From Squalus acanthias (taxonomy: Eukaryota), in assembly GCA_030390025.1 (NCBI GenBank), contig CM059432.1, positions 56,174,001-56,238,000 on the forward strand: a stretch of DNA of 64,000 bases, given 5' to 3'. The translations under genes were made by a program, and so were the position numbers. The notes under the pieces were generated by a model. The model was not told the DNA's origin. It did no database searches and worked only from the letters and a program-made list of their open reading frames with translations. Every line of letters begins with the position of its first letter. Positions within the stretch are counted from its first letter, which is position 1. Positions 49,573 through 63,800 of the stretch are shown here, piece after piece.

Positions 49573-50215
49573 AGAGCAAGAAATAAACAGATAAAAAAAT
49601 GAGTTTGCAATCCCTCTTACTGAGTTGTAATCACGCTACAAGTTTAGCATCGGGGTGAAGCTGTTTTGGATTCACACCAACACTAAACTGGTTTCGTGTA
49701 AACCGGGCGTCAAGGTTCGAACTGACTCCAAATCGAAGCGGCGTGAGACGCCCTCCTCGAAGGATCCCAATTGCGTGTGCTCCGGGACTGACGGCCCGGT
49801 TACAGTGTGAATGCAGCGTTACTGTCGTGGATGTTGACAGCTTCTGTCCAGTCCCCCACACAGTACACTGCAATCCCACCTCATCTTGATATGCAGGAAA
49901 ATAGATATGGATCTGTCGACAGTTGGTTCGCCCAACTCATGTCGCTCCACGAGTTACATTTGTTTATTTGATTAAAGTCTTTCCCGTGAATCTCAAAATT
50001 CCCGCTCTTTGAAAGATTTGCCGGGGGGAACGGGCTGCTTCCGATACAAGAGGGGAGGACGAGGAGTCAATAATCTCCCCTTGCTGATCAAAGATTACTC
50101 TATTTTCATCATAGCCGCAAAGCAAATTTTACCGCGAACAAAACCGCCCCCTACTGTCACCTCGGCCCATTTCGCTCCACTTTTTTTCCGTGACAGGAAC
50201 AAGACAATGGTCTGA

Positions 50216-50323
50216 GTTGGGTTCTTCCTGGTTAATTTAGTGTTTGGGGTGTTACGAAGAAAATGCATCGTTGGGTTCTTCCTGGTTAATTTAGTGTTTG
50301 GGGTGTTACGGAGAAAATGCATC
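50216..50323. repeat. 54-bp tandem duplication
   Basis: GTTGGGTTCTTCC...GAAAATGCATC twice, with one mismatch. Confidence 0.95.
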
Positions 50324-50479
50324 TCATCCAATTTTTACAGTATCAAATCAGTGCAGCGTAAATCCTCTGGAAATATAACGCAGATTTGTTTCACCGAGAC
50401 AGAAGATAAAATTCCGGTGCACAATTGCTGATCATGTAATTTATGTGTATTATTCTATCAATCACCTCCCCTCCCCGTC

Positions 50480-51090
50480 TGTTTATGGCGTCGGTGTAAC
50501 TGGAGGCGGCCGGGTCGGGTCAGGTCCGCGGCTGACCAGTAAAGACGTCATTGCTGGTTTGACATTGATGTGATTCACGAGGGGCGGGGAAAGAAAAAAA
50601 AAGCACCAACCGTCAGCGAGAGAATCCGGCGAGCGTGCCGTGCGCGGGCCTGACCTACGACGTCAGGCTCTTCCCCACTATTAGGACCGAACGCGACATT
50701 GAGTGACAGGTCTACGCGCGAGACAGCTCGAGCATGAGCCGGCGGAGTCCGAGTATGATGGCATGAGCCGGCGGACCAATTAAAACCATCAACAACAAAA
50801 GGACAACGACTTCCTCACTCGCGCGCCCGGCCGGTCACATCCCGGGCAAACTTCTGATAGCGGCTGTGCGCCCATCTCTCGTCTGTTTCACTCAGCTGTT
50901 TGAGGGTAAGGTGTACATAATCTATATAAATAGAGGCATTTCATTTGAAAAGAATGGCTGTTTTATCTTACATTAACGCGAGGCATCTAAATATTATTTT
51001 GTGTATGGAGCCCGTTGAGCCGAGGTCGCGAAGCTGTTAGAAATCTTGTGGGGGTTTTGTGTGTTAACATTGACGTGGACGGGCGTGTGT
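50480..51090 (+). promoter_or_regulatory. CpG-island promoter of an unidentified + strand transcript; probable non-coding first exon ending at 50905
   Basis: Dense CpG with no recognisable TE homology; GC box GGGGCGGG at ~50581; CRE-like GACGTCA at ~50545 and ~50660; CCAAT at ~50777; donor GAGG|GTAAGG at 50905/50906. Confidence 0.65.
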
Positions 51091-52351
51091 AGTTGTAGAG
51101 GGACGGAGGACTTCTGGTGATATGCTAAAGACAAGAGTTAATTGTATTTAACTTCTCAAAATTGAAGTGTTACCTGTTGTTACATCAGAGTCGATTGGTT
51201 GAGTCTGGGCGGTGACTGGAGTGCTTCTACCTGATGCCTTTTGCTGCAGTTTAGGCCTTGTGTGCTTCCCGGTTTCTCACTGTTGCTAAATTTGTCGAAC
51301 TAGGGTTGCATGTAGAATGCATTTGGTTTATCAGACAAGCACATTATATTATTTCAGGATGCTTGAAACGAGTATTTAGGCTGCTCAGAGTAAATGTTAA
51401 AAAACTTGCTGAGTACAGTTCAAGATCCGAGAAGGTAAGTGATTAATCTTAACTGGAGTAATGTTTGGTTATATAAAATAAAGTACAGAATGTTAGAATT
51501 GGTAGAACTTCTTGTTTTGAAAATAATTCAATGTGATATGTCAAGGAAACGTAGCTCTCTTTGAGTGTCGGAATTTGTTGACAAAACACATCAGTTTAAA
51601 GTCAATGTAGAAAAAGTAAAATAAACATTCGACGGAAGAAGTGGACTTAATTTAATATAATGTAATGCCATGCAGCAGATGAATGCCTTTTGAAAATATC
51701 TGAATTGGTACATTTAGCAAATACCGATTATTTTGAAGCCTGAGCCGACAAGAAAAAATTGTTTGCAGATGGTAACAGATTTTCTGGCCAGTTAATTTAT
51801 TACACATTATTAAAGGAGACATCAGTTGTTGTATTGAACTGTTGATTTTCATTTGCAGTGGTTAATGAGTCTTATTACAGTAGAAATGATTGTGTGAATT
51901 TAATCTTAAGTTCCCATGTTGTTGCTTACAGACACAAATAAATAAAAGTTTTCTGGAACACTGCAACATGCCGTTTGCATGTATGTTGCTTTTCCTCATC
52001 CTTAACTTTTTCTACCGATGCTGCCTACAGCTCAAGGATGTAGTGCAGTCAAACTTCTGGTTCACTGTGGTGTTGAAGGGGTCAGGCTAGATCTATTCTC
52101 TCTCTTCACACTGGACCAGATCAGACCCATAAAAGTGATGGATGAGAAAAGACAATTTGGCTGACTGATCTTGACCTTTATCGTATTATCCAGTCTAGTA
52201 CACAACAGTATCTTGAACTTCGCCAATCCCTTTAATTCCACTAGCTTACTTAGTAGACTATTTCAAATGTTTATCATCCTTTCAGCAAATATTTCTTCCG
52301 AAGTTAAGTTTAACATTAAATTTTAACTAATTTAACTAATAATTAGGTGTC

Positions 52352-52803
52352 AGGCTTGGTTCAGTGATGGCACTCTTGCCGTTGAATCACAAGGGTGTGG
52401 GTTTTGAGTCTGACTCCGGAAGACTAGAGCACATGATCTAGGCTGACACTTCCGTGCCTAACTGAGGGAGTGCTGCACTGTCGGAAGATACTGTCTTTCA
52501 GCTGAGACATTAAAGCGAGGTCTGTCCTTTCAGATGGACATAAAAGATCCTATGGCACTTTTTGAAGAAGAGCAGGGTAATTTTGCCCATGTCCTGACCA
52601 ACAATTTAGCCCTCAACCAACATCACTAAAACAAATTATCTGGTCATTATCACATTGCTATTTGTGGGACCTTGCTCTGTGCAAATTGACTGCAGAGTTT
52701 CCTACATTACAATAGTGACTACACTTCAAAAGTACTTCATTGGCTGTAAAGCACTTTGGGACATCCTATGGTCATGAAAGGTGTTATATAATTGCAAGTT
52801 TTT
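52352..52803 (+). mobile_element. Full-length Deu-domain SINE (SacSINE1-like)
   Basis: tRNA-like head, Deu-like core (TCTTTCAGCTGAGAC...AAAGATCCTATGGCAC) and L2-type tail; further fragments at ~8545, ~52920 and ~56190. Confidence 0.75.
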
Positions 52804-53171
52804 TTTAAAGTCAGTATGGAGGTGTCTGCAGATTATGTCACTGAGGGGCAGCATATTGATGATGAGGAAGAAGCCATGGACAGATCCTTTTGGGATTCCT
52901 GAATTAACTATGCAAGGGAGTCATTTATTTCATTGCTGTTTGTGGGACATTTCTGTGTGTGTATTGGTTGCTGCGTTTCCCAACATGACAATAGTGAGTA
53001 CACTTCAAAAGTATATCAGTGGCTGTGAAGTGCATTGGGGTATACTGAAGTGGTGAAAGGTGCTACATAAATGCAAGTTCTTTCCCCCTCCCTCCCCCCT
53101 CCTTCCTTCACCCACTAATGTTAAGGTAATATTCTGAGCCACCTTTAGTTATGCCATTTAATACTTTGTAC

Positions 53172-55445
53172 TCTGGGTGGGGGACTTCAATGTCCATCAC
53201 CAAGAGTGGCTCGGTAGCACCACTACTGACCAAGCTGGCCGAGTCCTGAAGGACATAACTGCCAGTCTGGGCCTGCGACAGGTGGTGAGGGAACCAAGAC
53301 GAGGAGAAAAACCTACTTTACCTCGTCCTCACCAATCTACCTGTCGCAGATGCATCTGTCCATGACCGTATTGGTAGCAGTGACTACCGCACAGTTCTTG
53401 TGGAGATGAATTCCTGTCTTCACACACTGAGGACACCCTCCATCGTGTTGTGTGGCACTACCACCGTGTTAAATGGGATAGATTCAGAACAGATTTAGCA
53501 GCTCAAAACTGGGTATCCATGAGGCTCTGTGGGCCATCAGCAGCAGCAGAATTGTATTCCACCACAATCTGTAACCTCATGGCCTGGCATATCCCTCACT
53601 ACCACTACCATCAAGCCAGGGGACCAACCCTCGTTCAATAAGGAGTGTAGAAAAGCATGCCTGGAACAACACCAGGTGTACCTAAAAATGAGGTGCCAAC
53701 CTGGGGAAGCTGCAACACAGGCATGACTACATGCATGCTAAAAAGTGGAAGCAGTATGCTATAGACAGGGCTAAGCGATCCCACAATCAACGGATCAGAT
53801 CAAAGCTCTGCAGTCCTGGCACATCCAGTCGTGAATGGTGGTGGACCATTAAACAACTAATGGGAGGAGGAGGCTCCATGAATATCCCCATCCTCAATGA
53901 CGGTGCAGCCCAGCACGTGAGTGCAAAAGACAAGGCTGAAGCGTTTGCAACCATCTTCAGCCATATGTGCCGAGTGGATGATCCAAATAGGCCTACTCCT
54001 GAGGTCTCCACCATCACAGAAGCCAGGCTTCAGCCAATTCGATTCACTCCACGTGATATCAAGAAATGGCTGAGCGCACTGGATACAGCAAAGGCTATGG
54101 GCCCCGACACCATTCCGGCTATCGTGCTGAAGAGCTGTGCTCCAGAACTAGCCGTGCCTCTAGCCAAGCTGTTCCAGTACAGCTACATCACTGGCATCTA
54201 TCCGACAATGTGGAAAACTGCCCAGGTATGTCCTGTCCACAAAAAGCAGGACAAATCCAACCTGGCCAATTACTGCCCCATCAGTCTACTCTCAATCATC
54301 AGCAAAGTGATGGAAGGTGTCATTGACAGTGCTATCAAGTGGCACTTACTCACCAATAACCTGCTTACTGATGCCCAGTTTGGGTTCCGCCAAGACCACT
54401 CAGCTCCCGACCTCATTACAGCCTTGGTCCAAACATGGACAAAGGAGCTGAATTCCAGAGGTGGAATTGCTGCAGGAGTTCATCAGGGCAGTGTCCTAGG
54501 CCCAACCATCTTCAGATGCTTCATCAATGACCTTCCCTCCAACATAAGGTCAGAAATGGGGATGTTCGCTGATGACTGCACAGTGTTCAGCGCCATTCAC
54601 AACTCCTCAGATAATGAAGCAGTCCAACAAGACCTGGACGATGTTCAGGCTTGGGCTGATAAGTGACAGGTAACATTCGCGCCATAAAAGTGCCAGGCAA
54701 TGACTATCTCCAACAAGCGAGAGTCTAACCACCTCCCCATGACATTCAACGTCATTACCATCGCTGAATCCCCAACCATCAACATCCTGGGGGTCACCAT
54801 TGACCAGAAACGTAACTGGACCAGCCACATAAATACTGTGGCAACAAGAGCAGGTCAGAGGCTAGGTATTCTGCGGCGAGTGTCTCACCTCCTGACTCCC
54901 CGAAACCTTTCCACCATCTACAAAGCACAAGTAAGGAGTGTGATGGAATACTCTCCACTTTCCTGGCTGAGTGCAGCTCCAACAACACTCGAAGCTCGAC
55001 ACCATCCAGGACAAAGTAGCCCGATTGATTGGCACCCCATCCGCCACCTTAAACATTCACTCCCCCTACCACCGGCATACAGTGGCTGCAGTGTGTGCCA
55101 TCTACAAGATGTACTGCAGCAACTCGCCAAGGCTTCTTCGGCAGCACCTCCCAAACCCGTGACCTCTTCCACCTAGAAGGACAAGGGCAGCAGGCGCATG
55201 GGAACACCACCACCTCCAAGTTCCCCTCCAAGTCACACACCATCCTGACTTAGAAGTATATCGCCCATCCTTCATCGTCGTTGGGTGAAAATCCTGGAGC
55301 TCCCTCTCTAACAGCACTGTGGGAGCACTGTCGCCACACGGACTGCAGCGGTTCAAGAAAGTGGCTCACCACTACCTTCTCAAGGGCAACTAGGGATGGG
55401 CAATAAATGCTGGCCTTGCCAGAGACGCCCACATCCCATAAAAAT
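53172..55445 (+). mobile_element. Second LINE family, 5'-truncated copy with an internal RT deletion
   Basis: GDFNVHH EN segment; ORF 53731..54666 is RT, where ELNSRG joins GIAAGV directly; same 3' tail as 33849. Confidence 0.92.
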
Positions 55446-57310
55446 ATCTGAGCTCTCATCCTCTTCTCTGTAGATTGTAAAATATTAGCTTCTCTAATCT
55501 TTCAGATTTTCCCCTCTGCAGTTCAGATTATTCTTGTAATTTTCTTTGCCCAAAGTGGTCTCCTGGACTAGTTTCGATTGCCTAAGGGGATCGGAGAGGA
55601 ATTCTCCATATTTTTTGCCCCTAATTGGCATGGGTTAATCTTTTTTTGCCTCTCCGAGAAGATAACATGGCTTTCGGGTGGTTTGGGGAGTGTGTATATT
55701 GTGATGTGCAAGGCATCGCAGTGTGACGAGCTGGATGGAGCAGTGGGTCTTTTCCTGTCCATCATTGTTCGTATGTTGACTCTTCATTTATGGCCCTTTC
55801 GGAATGTGGCCACCAGAATTGTCCACAGTCCTCCAAATGTTGTCTGAGCACTGATTTAAGAAGCCCTAGTATAACCTCTTTAGACTTGCACTATACACTG
55901 ATCTGACTATCCTAATATTCTGTTTGGTTTAATAGCTTTTCTACATTGTCTTGGCACAAAGTGATATGTCTACTGTCTGGGCCTAGTTCCCTTTCAAAGT
56001 CTCCCTGAGCTAATTCTGTTCCCTTCATTGTATGTCAGTGATGCTCATTCCTTCAATATGCAATACTTTTCATTTGTCGTAGTTGAATTTCATTTGCCAG
56101 TTGTCTGTTCAATTGCATACAGATTTAAATACTTATGCAAAACCATAACTGCATCTTCTGTCCCAGTGGGCACCCCCTATTTTTTGAATAAGATGTTAAT
56201 CTGACGTCCTGTCTCCTCCTCAGATGGACGTGTAAGACCCCATGACAAATTCAAAGAAGAGCTGTGAGTTTTCCTAGTATCTTGGCTAGCAATCCTCTGT
56301 CAGAAACAGACTGACTGGTTATTTGTTTATTTGCTGTTTTTGGGGCTTTGCTGTGTACATGTTGGCTGCTGTTTGCCTACATCACAATAGTGACTGCGCT
56401 TCAGAAGTAATCAATTGGTTATAAGGTGCATTGGAATGTCCCGAGGACTTGATATGGTGCTAAATAAATGTAAGTTCTTCCTTTTAGTCTTCAAGCTTAC
56501 AATTAGTTTCTGTACCCAGGTTACTTATGAAGATAAAAAACAGTTTCCAAGCACTGGTCTTGACTTTGGAAAAGCAATGGACTGTTTATTTCGAGTAAAT
56601 TTTATAGATCACTAGTTAATCGCGTGTGGTGTTTCACCCGGGGAGTCAAGACCAAATGTAGTCTGCAGATGAAGCGCAGTTGGGAGGTGGGGGCCAGGTC
56701 ACACGGATGTAATTCAGTTCTCATTTTAAAGTCCTGCATTCTGTCCTTATTTTTATATAATAGTTAAATAGAAATAAATATGACAATTTAGGAAGTAGAA
56801 TTGGTTGGAATTTCTGAATTTCTCTGCAGTATAGGCTGAGGAGCTGGAAGATATAAAACTGAGGCTCTATAGTACCATCTCTGGGAAGACGATGTCACTA
56901 CAGAGTGAAAAGTTTATATAAGCATTTTCTATTCTAAAATGTGGACATAAGAATTTATAATAGGAGTAGTTGACACCAAAGTGTGACCAGCCTGAAAATA
57001 GGAAATTTTTGGAGAGGAAGTTTGTGCAGATGTAGGATTTTAATCTATTATAGATTATTATTTCTACAATAACTTTAAACAGGTTTATTTTATCAAGCTG
57101 ATAATTGTGCTTCTTTAGGCTGTTGTGTTTCTTTATCCCCTGGCTTTTTTGTTTCCTGACTTTTGCCGATTTTCCAACATTTTCTTTTTCTTTCTCCACT
57201 TCAGATATTATTGACACCTCGCAGAGGTACCATGGTTCAGTAGGCATCAGTTGCCCTCTTGTATGTTACCGAGTGGCCTATTTATTTGTGAACCTTGTCA
57301 GTGAGTATTT

Positions 57311-58974
57311 AAAGGAATGTAGGAATAGGAGTAGGCCTCGAGCCTTTAATGAGATCATGGCTGATCTGCGACCTAACTCCATATACCCTTAATACCTTTG
57401 GTTAACAAAAAGCTATCAATCTCAGATTTAAAATTAACAATTGATCTAGCATGACTTGCCATTTGCGGAAGAGATTTCCAAACTTCTACCACCCTTTAGT
57501 GTAGAAGTGTTTCCTAATTTCACTCCTGAAAGGTCTGGCTCTAATTTTTAGACTATGCCCCCAGTTCTAGAACCCCCAACCAGTGGAAATAGTTTCTCTC
57601 TCTCTACCCTATCTGTTCACCTTAATATCCTGAAAACTTCGATCAGATCACCCCTTAATCTTCTAATTTCTAGGGAGTACAACCCTAATTTGTGTAAAAT
57701 CTCTCGTAACTTAACCCTTGGAGTCCGGCTGTCATTCTGATAAACCTACGCTATACTCCCTCTGAGGCCAATATATCCTTCCGAAGGTGTGGTGCCCAGA
57801 ACTGCACACAGTATTTCAGCTGTGGTCTAACCAGGGCTTTGTATTGCTGAAGCATAACTTCTACCCCCTTGTATTCCAGTCCTCTAGATATAAAGGCCAG
57901 CATTCCATTAGCCTTTTTGATTATTTTTCTGTACCTGTTCATGACATTTTAATAATCTATGTACCTGGACCCCCCAGTCTCTTTGGACTTTTGGACTGTT
58001 TTTAGCTTTTCACCATTTAGAAAGTACTCTGTTCTATCCTTTTTAGGTCCAAAGTGGATGACCTCACATTTGCATACATTGAAATCCATTTGCCACAGTT
58101 TTGCCCATTCACTTAATCTATCAATATCTCTTTGCAATTTTATGCTTTCATCTACACTGCCTACAATGCTGCTGATTTGTGCCATTGGCAAATTTGGATA
58201 TATGACTTTCTATGCCATCATCGAAGTTACTAATAAATATTGTGAATAGTTGAGGTTCCAACACAGATCCTTACAGGACACCACTAGTCACACCCTGCCA
58301 ATTAGAGTACCTACCCATTATCCCTACTCTGTCTCCTGTCGCTCAGCCAATTTCCTAACCAGGTCAATAATTTGCCCTCAATTCCTTGGGCTTCAACTTT
58401 AGTTAACAGTCTCTTATGAGGGACTTTATCAAATGCCTTCTGGAAGTCCATATAAATAACATCCATAGACATTCCTCTGTCCACTACTTTAGTCACCTCC
58501 TCAAAAAATTCAATCAGGGTTGTCAGGCATGACCTACCTTTCACAAATCTATGCTGGCTTTCTCTGATCAAATGAAAATTATCGAGGTGTTCTGTCACCC
58601 TATCCTTAATTATAGACTCTAGCAATTTCCTGACAACAGATGTTAGGCTAACTGGTCTATAATTTCCTGGTTTCCACCTCTCGCCATTCTTAAATAGCGG
58701 AGTGACATGCACAATTTTCCAATCTAAAAGAATGGTTGTTGAATCAAGAGAACTTTGGAAGATTATAGTTAGGGCATCTGCAATGTCCTCACCTACTTCC
58801 TTTAAAACCCTGGGATGGAAACCATCTGGTCCTGGGGATTTGTCACTCTCTCTTTATTGCCATTATTTTCTTAATTACTGTTACTTTACTTGCATTAATT
58901 TTATTGAGTCCCTGTCCCTGATTCAGTATTAGTTTCCTTGGTATTTCTGGCCTGCTGACCTCTTCCTCTACTGT
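57311..58974 (-). mobile_element. CR1 3' fragment inserted in an old SINE-like repeat
   Basis: ORFs 57751..58712 give RT and C-terminus. Confidence 0.9.
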
Positions 58975-60875
58975 TATAGCTTATTTGACAGTGGGGGACA
59001 CCACAATCAAGCTTGATCTTGTCTTCATCTGATGTTCAGATGTGCATTTCAGAAGATCTTCTTGGATAGCTTTGGGAACAGATACCCTCAAGAATCTTTA
59101 ATTTTGTCCCCCTTGCACAATGCAGGCAAGAGAGAAATTAGAGCACCCCAATTGCCACCCAAGCTGTGATTAGCTGACTCCATATAGATTGGGGAATGAA
59201 CCTGGGACCTTCCTGCTCTATATGGCTTATGTATTAACTTGTAATTTTGGAGCAGCCATCTTTTATTTTTAAGAGGTCTTGCTGATGTGTAATTGGAACT
59301 GTAAATACAAATGGAACCACCAAAATGAGCCACTCCTTCACACAGAAGGACCCTGTTAGGGAATGGATGTTCTTGCTTATAAGTTTTTGTATGTAATTCT
59401 TCAAGATAATAGGGTTCAAAGATATTTATTGGCAATCATAACTATACAGTGATAACTATTATTAACAACAATAACAACTTACATTTATTTAGCACCTTTA
59501 ACATAGTAAAATGTCCCCAGTCACTTCATAGGAGTGGTATCAGACAAAATTTGCCACTGAGCTACACAGCGATATTGGGACAAATGAACAAAAGCTTTGT
59601 CAAAGAGAGAGGTTTTAAGGGGTGTCTTAAAGGAGGAGAGAGTGGCAGAGAAGCGGAGAGGTTTAGGGAGGGAATTCCACAGCTTAGGGCAGAGGCAACT
59701 GAAGGCATGGCCGGCAATGGTGGAGCGATGAAAATCAGGGATGCACTTGCGCACTACGGCAGTACGAGTTTACCGGAGAATTCAAAACATTACAGTTCTC
59801 GAGCTCGGGGTTTTTTTTTTTATTCGTTCATGGGATGTGGGCGTCACTGGCAAGGCCAGCATTTATTGCCCATCCCTAGGCTGATCCGGTCTCATTGAAT
59901 GCTGAGCCATCTCTCCTCCCCTTTTTATATGTTTTCTACTTGAGAATAGTATTACCTCATTCAATGAGGTGCAATAACTTCAGTTTTAATAAGAATCGCT
60001 CCCCACACTTTATCATGGCTTTACCTTGACTGAGCTGTCAATCAAATCATTCAACTGGGGACAGTTACAAAGAGATTAATGAACAGAGGCTCCCCTACAG
60101 AGGACGTTATCACTTGCTTTGCACAGATGTGACCTGTCCTAGCAGGACAGCTGAGCGATCAATGGGGCCAGGATAAAGGGAACTTGTAAATTATTTTTTT
60201 ATCAGCTAAACATCGCTCTCTGGTAACTTCTAATTCCTACGGACTAACTGAACATTACTAAAACAGACATTTCGTTACAACCTCAACACCAAGACATTGT
60301 ATATGTTTGTTTCCATTAATAAGGCTGACTTAGCTATCTTTCTTATCTGCAGGTTGTTTAATCAGCTTCAGTGGTAAAAATTAAAATCTTAGTACAATTA
60401 CCAACTTAACTGCCAAGCTATAATATCCTTTCTTTGACTTTATAAAAGCTTGTTTCAAACCTATTTTTTTTGTCAAAATGCAGGTCTTTGGTACACAGAT
60501 GTTTTGTTTTCTGTTTTTTGCAAAGTAACTTTTTTATCCTATGAAAGAGATGATTCATAATGTTGTGCAATTCCATTGGTCTACTCAGGCTGTTGGATTT
60601 TATTTTGGGGTGAGGATTGCAGCATTCATTTATATGATTTCTGTCTGACATATCAGCTGGCTCGGGATCAAATCTGGGACTTTCCTGGATCTCTGTTGCC
60701 ACTCACCACAATGTGTAAGCAATAGACTTTGAGTTATAAGCTTGGGCAATAGATAGTAGTACTGATGTTTCTTTCCTGCATCTATTGAACACTTCACTCT
60801 GTTCACCTCTCATTCAAAATCCTGTTATTGACCCCCAAGCCTCTCATTGAGATTCCTTTCTTCTCTCCTCCATTC

Positions 60876-63800
60876 AGAACATAGGAACAGGAGTAGGCTA
60901 CTCAGTCCCTCAAGCCTGTCTGCCATTGAATTAGATTATGGCTGATCTGTATCTTAACTCCATTTACCTGCCTTGGTTCCACATCCCTTAATACCCTTGC
61001 CTCTCAAAAACCTTATCAATCTCACTTTTGAAATTTCCAATTGACCTAGCCTCAACAGGTTTTTTCGGGAGAGAATTCCAGATTTCCACTACCTTTTGTG
61101 TGAAGAAATGCTTCCTGATGCCATCCCTGATTGGCCTAGCTCTAATTTTAAGGTTATTCCCCCTTGTTCTAGACTCCCCACCCCCCCCCCCCCCCCCAAC
61201 CCCCACCAGAGGAAATAGTTTCTCTGTATCTACCCTATCAAATCCTTTAATCATCATAAACCCCTCAATTAGATCACTCCTTAATCTTCTATACTAATAC
61301 AAGCCTAGTCTATGCAATCTGTCCTCATAATTTAACCCTTTTAGCCCGGTATCGATGTGGTGAATCTGCGATGCACCCCTTCTAAGGCCAATATATCCTT
61401 CCTGAGGTGTGGTGCCCAGAACTGAATGAAGTACTACAGATGCGGTTTAACCAGAGCTTTAATACAACTGTAGCACAACTTCCACCCTTTGTATTCCAGC
61501 CCCCTTGAGCTGAAGGCTAACATTTCATTAGACTTCAAAAAAAATTTGGTACCTTAAATCATAGAATGATACAGCACGGAAGGAGGCCATTCGGCCCATT
61601 GTGCCTGTGCCGACTCTTTGACAGAACTATCCAATTAGTCCCACTCACCTGCTTTTTTCCTCATAGCCCTGCAAATTATTCCCCTTCAGGTATTTATCCC
61701 ATTCCCTTTGAATCTGCTTCTTCCACCCTTTGAGGCAGTACATTCCAGATCACAATAACTCGCGGCGTAAATTTCTTTTCCTCATGTCGCCTCTGGTTCT
61801 TTTGCCAATTACCTTCAATCTGTGTCCTCTGGTTACCGACCCTTCTGCCACTGGAAGGTTTCTCCTTATTTACTCTCTCAAAAATATTCCTGACTTTGAA
61901 TACCTATCACATCTCCCCTTCATTTTCTCTGTTCGAAGGAGAACAACCCTAGTTTCTCTAGTCACTCCACGTAACTGAAGACTTTCATCCCTGGTACCAT
62001 TCTAGTAAATCTCCTCTGCACCTTCTCTAAGGCCTTGACATCCTTTCTAAAGTGTGGTGCCGAGAATTGGCCTCAATAATCCAGCAGGGGCCTAACCAGT
62101 GTTTTATAAAGGCAGCATAACTTACTTACTTTTCTTCTCTATGCCTGTGTTTATAAAGCCAAGGATCCCGTATGCCTTTTTAACAGCCTTCTCAACTTGT
62201 CCTGCCACCTTCAAAGACTTGTGTATGTACACCCCCAGGTCTCTCTGTTCCTGCACCCCCTTTGATATTGCACCATTTGGTTTATATTGCCTCTCCTCAT
62301 TCTTACGACCAAAATAAATCACTTCACACTTGTCTGCGTTAACTTTCATCTGCCATGTGTCTCCCCATTTCACCAGTCTGTCCATGTCCTCCTGAGGTCT
62401 GTTGCTATCCTCCTCACTGTTCACTACATTTCTGAGTTTCGTGTCATCTGAAAACTTTGAAATGATGCCCTGTATACTCATCCAGGTCATTTAATATATA
62501 TCAAAAAGAGTAGTGGCCGCAACACTGACCCCTGGGAGACACCACTGCACAACAACCGTTCACCACTACTTTCTGCTTTCTGTCCCTTAGCCAATTTCAT
62601 ATCCATGCAGCCACTGCCCCTTTAGTCCCATGGGCTTCAATTTTGCTAACAAGTAATGTGGTACTTTATCAAAATGTCTTTTGAAAGTCCATATTCACAC
62701 ATCAACTGCTCTACCCTCATCCACCATCTCAGTTACTTCATCAAAAGAGCTCAGTCAAGTTAGTCAAACAGTATTTGCCTTCAGCAAATCCGTGCTGACT
62801 TTCATTTATTAACTCATATTTTTTCAAGTGCCAGTTAATTTTGAGCCGGATTATTGTGTCTCAAAGTTTCCCCACCACCGATGTTAGGCTGACTGGCATG
62901 TAGTTTATCCCTCTCCCTTTTTAAAAAAATGGATTGTAACATTTGCAATCTTCAGTCTCCTGGCACCACCCCATAGCCTTGGAAGATTGTGGCCAGAGCC
63001 TCCGCAATTTCCACCCTTACTTCCCTCAGTAACCAAGGATGCCTTCCTTCTGGAGCGGGTAACTTTTCTAGTTTGAGCGCTGCCAACATTTTAAGTACTT
63101 CCTCTCTATCTATTTTTATCCTATCCAATTTGTCTCCTACCTCCTCCTTTTACTGTGAAGACAGATGCAAAGTACTCAATTAGTACCTAAGCCAAGCCCT
63201 GTGTCTCCACAAGAAGATCTCCTTTTTGGTCCCTAATTGGCCCACCCTTCCTATGACTTTGCTATTTATATGTTTATAAAAGACTTTTGGGTTTCCTTTT
63301 ATGTTAGCCACTAATCTATTCTCATACACTCTCTCTTTGCTCATATTTCCTTTTTTCAGTTCTCCTCTGTACTTTTTGTATTCATCTTGGTTCTCTATTG
63401 AATTATGAACCTGACATTTATCATAAGCTTCCTTATTCTGTTTTATTTTAATCTCTATATCTTTAGTCATCCAAGGAGCTCTAGCTTTGGATACCCTTCC
63501 TTTCCCCTCGTGGTAATATCTAATCTATACATGAACTCTCTCTTTGAAGGCCTCCCATTGCTCATTTACTGTTTTACCTGTCGATCTTTGATTCCAATCC
63601 ACCTGGGTCAGATCCCTTTTCAACTCACTGAAATTAGCTCTTCTCCAGTTGAGTATTTTCATATTTAATTTTTCCTTGTCCTTTTCCATAACTACTCTAA
63701 AGCTAATGATATTGTGGTCGCTGTTTCCCAAATAACACCCCCTCCCACCCCCACTGAAACATACTCCACTTGCCCCACTTCATTCCCCAGAACTAGATCC

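Noticed and set aside
57205..57300. 96-nt open, phase-symmetric candidate coding exon
   Set aside because: The peptide is unrecognisable and the sequence is the antisense 3' part of an interspersed repeat; it is kept only as an exonisation possibility.
60418..60780. 94-aa minus-strand ORF and a nearby exon-like segment with a GTGAGT donor
   Set aside because: No recognisable protein in any frame and no linking exons.
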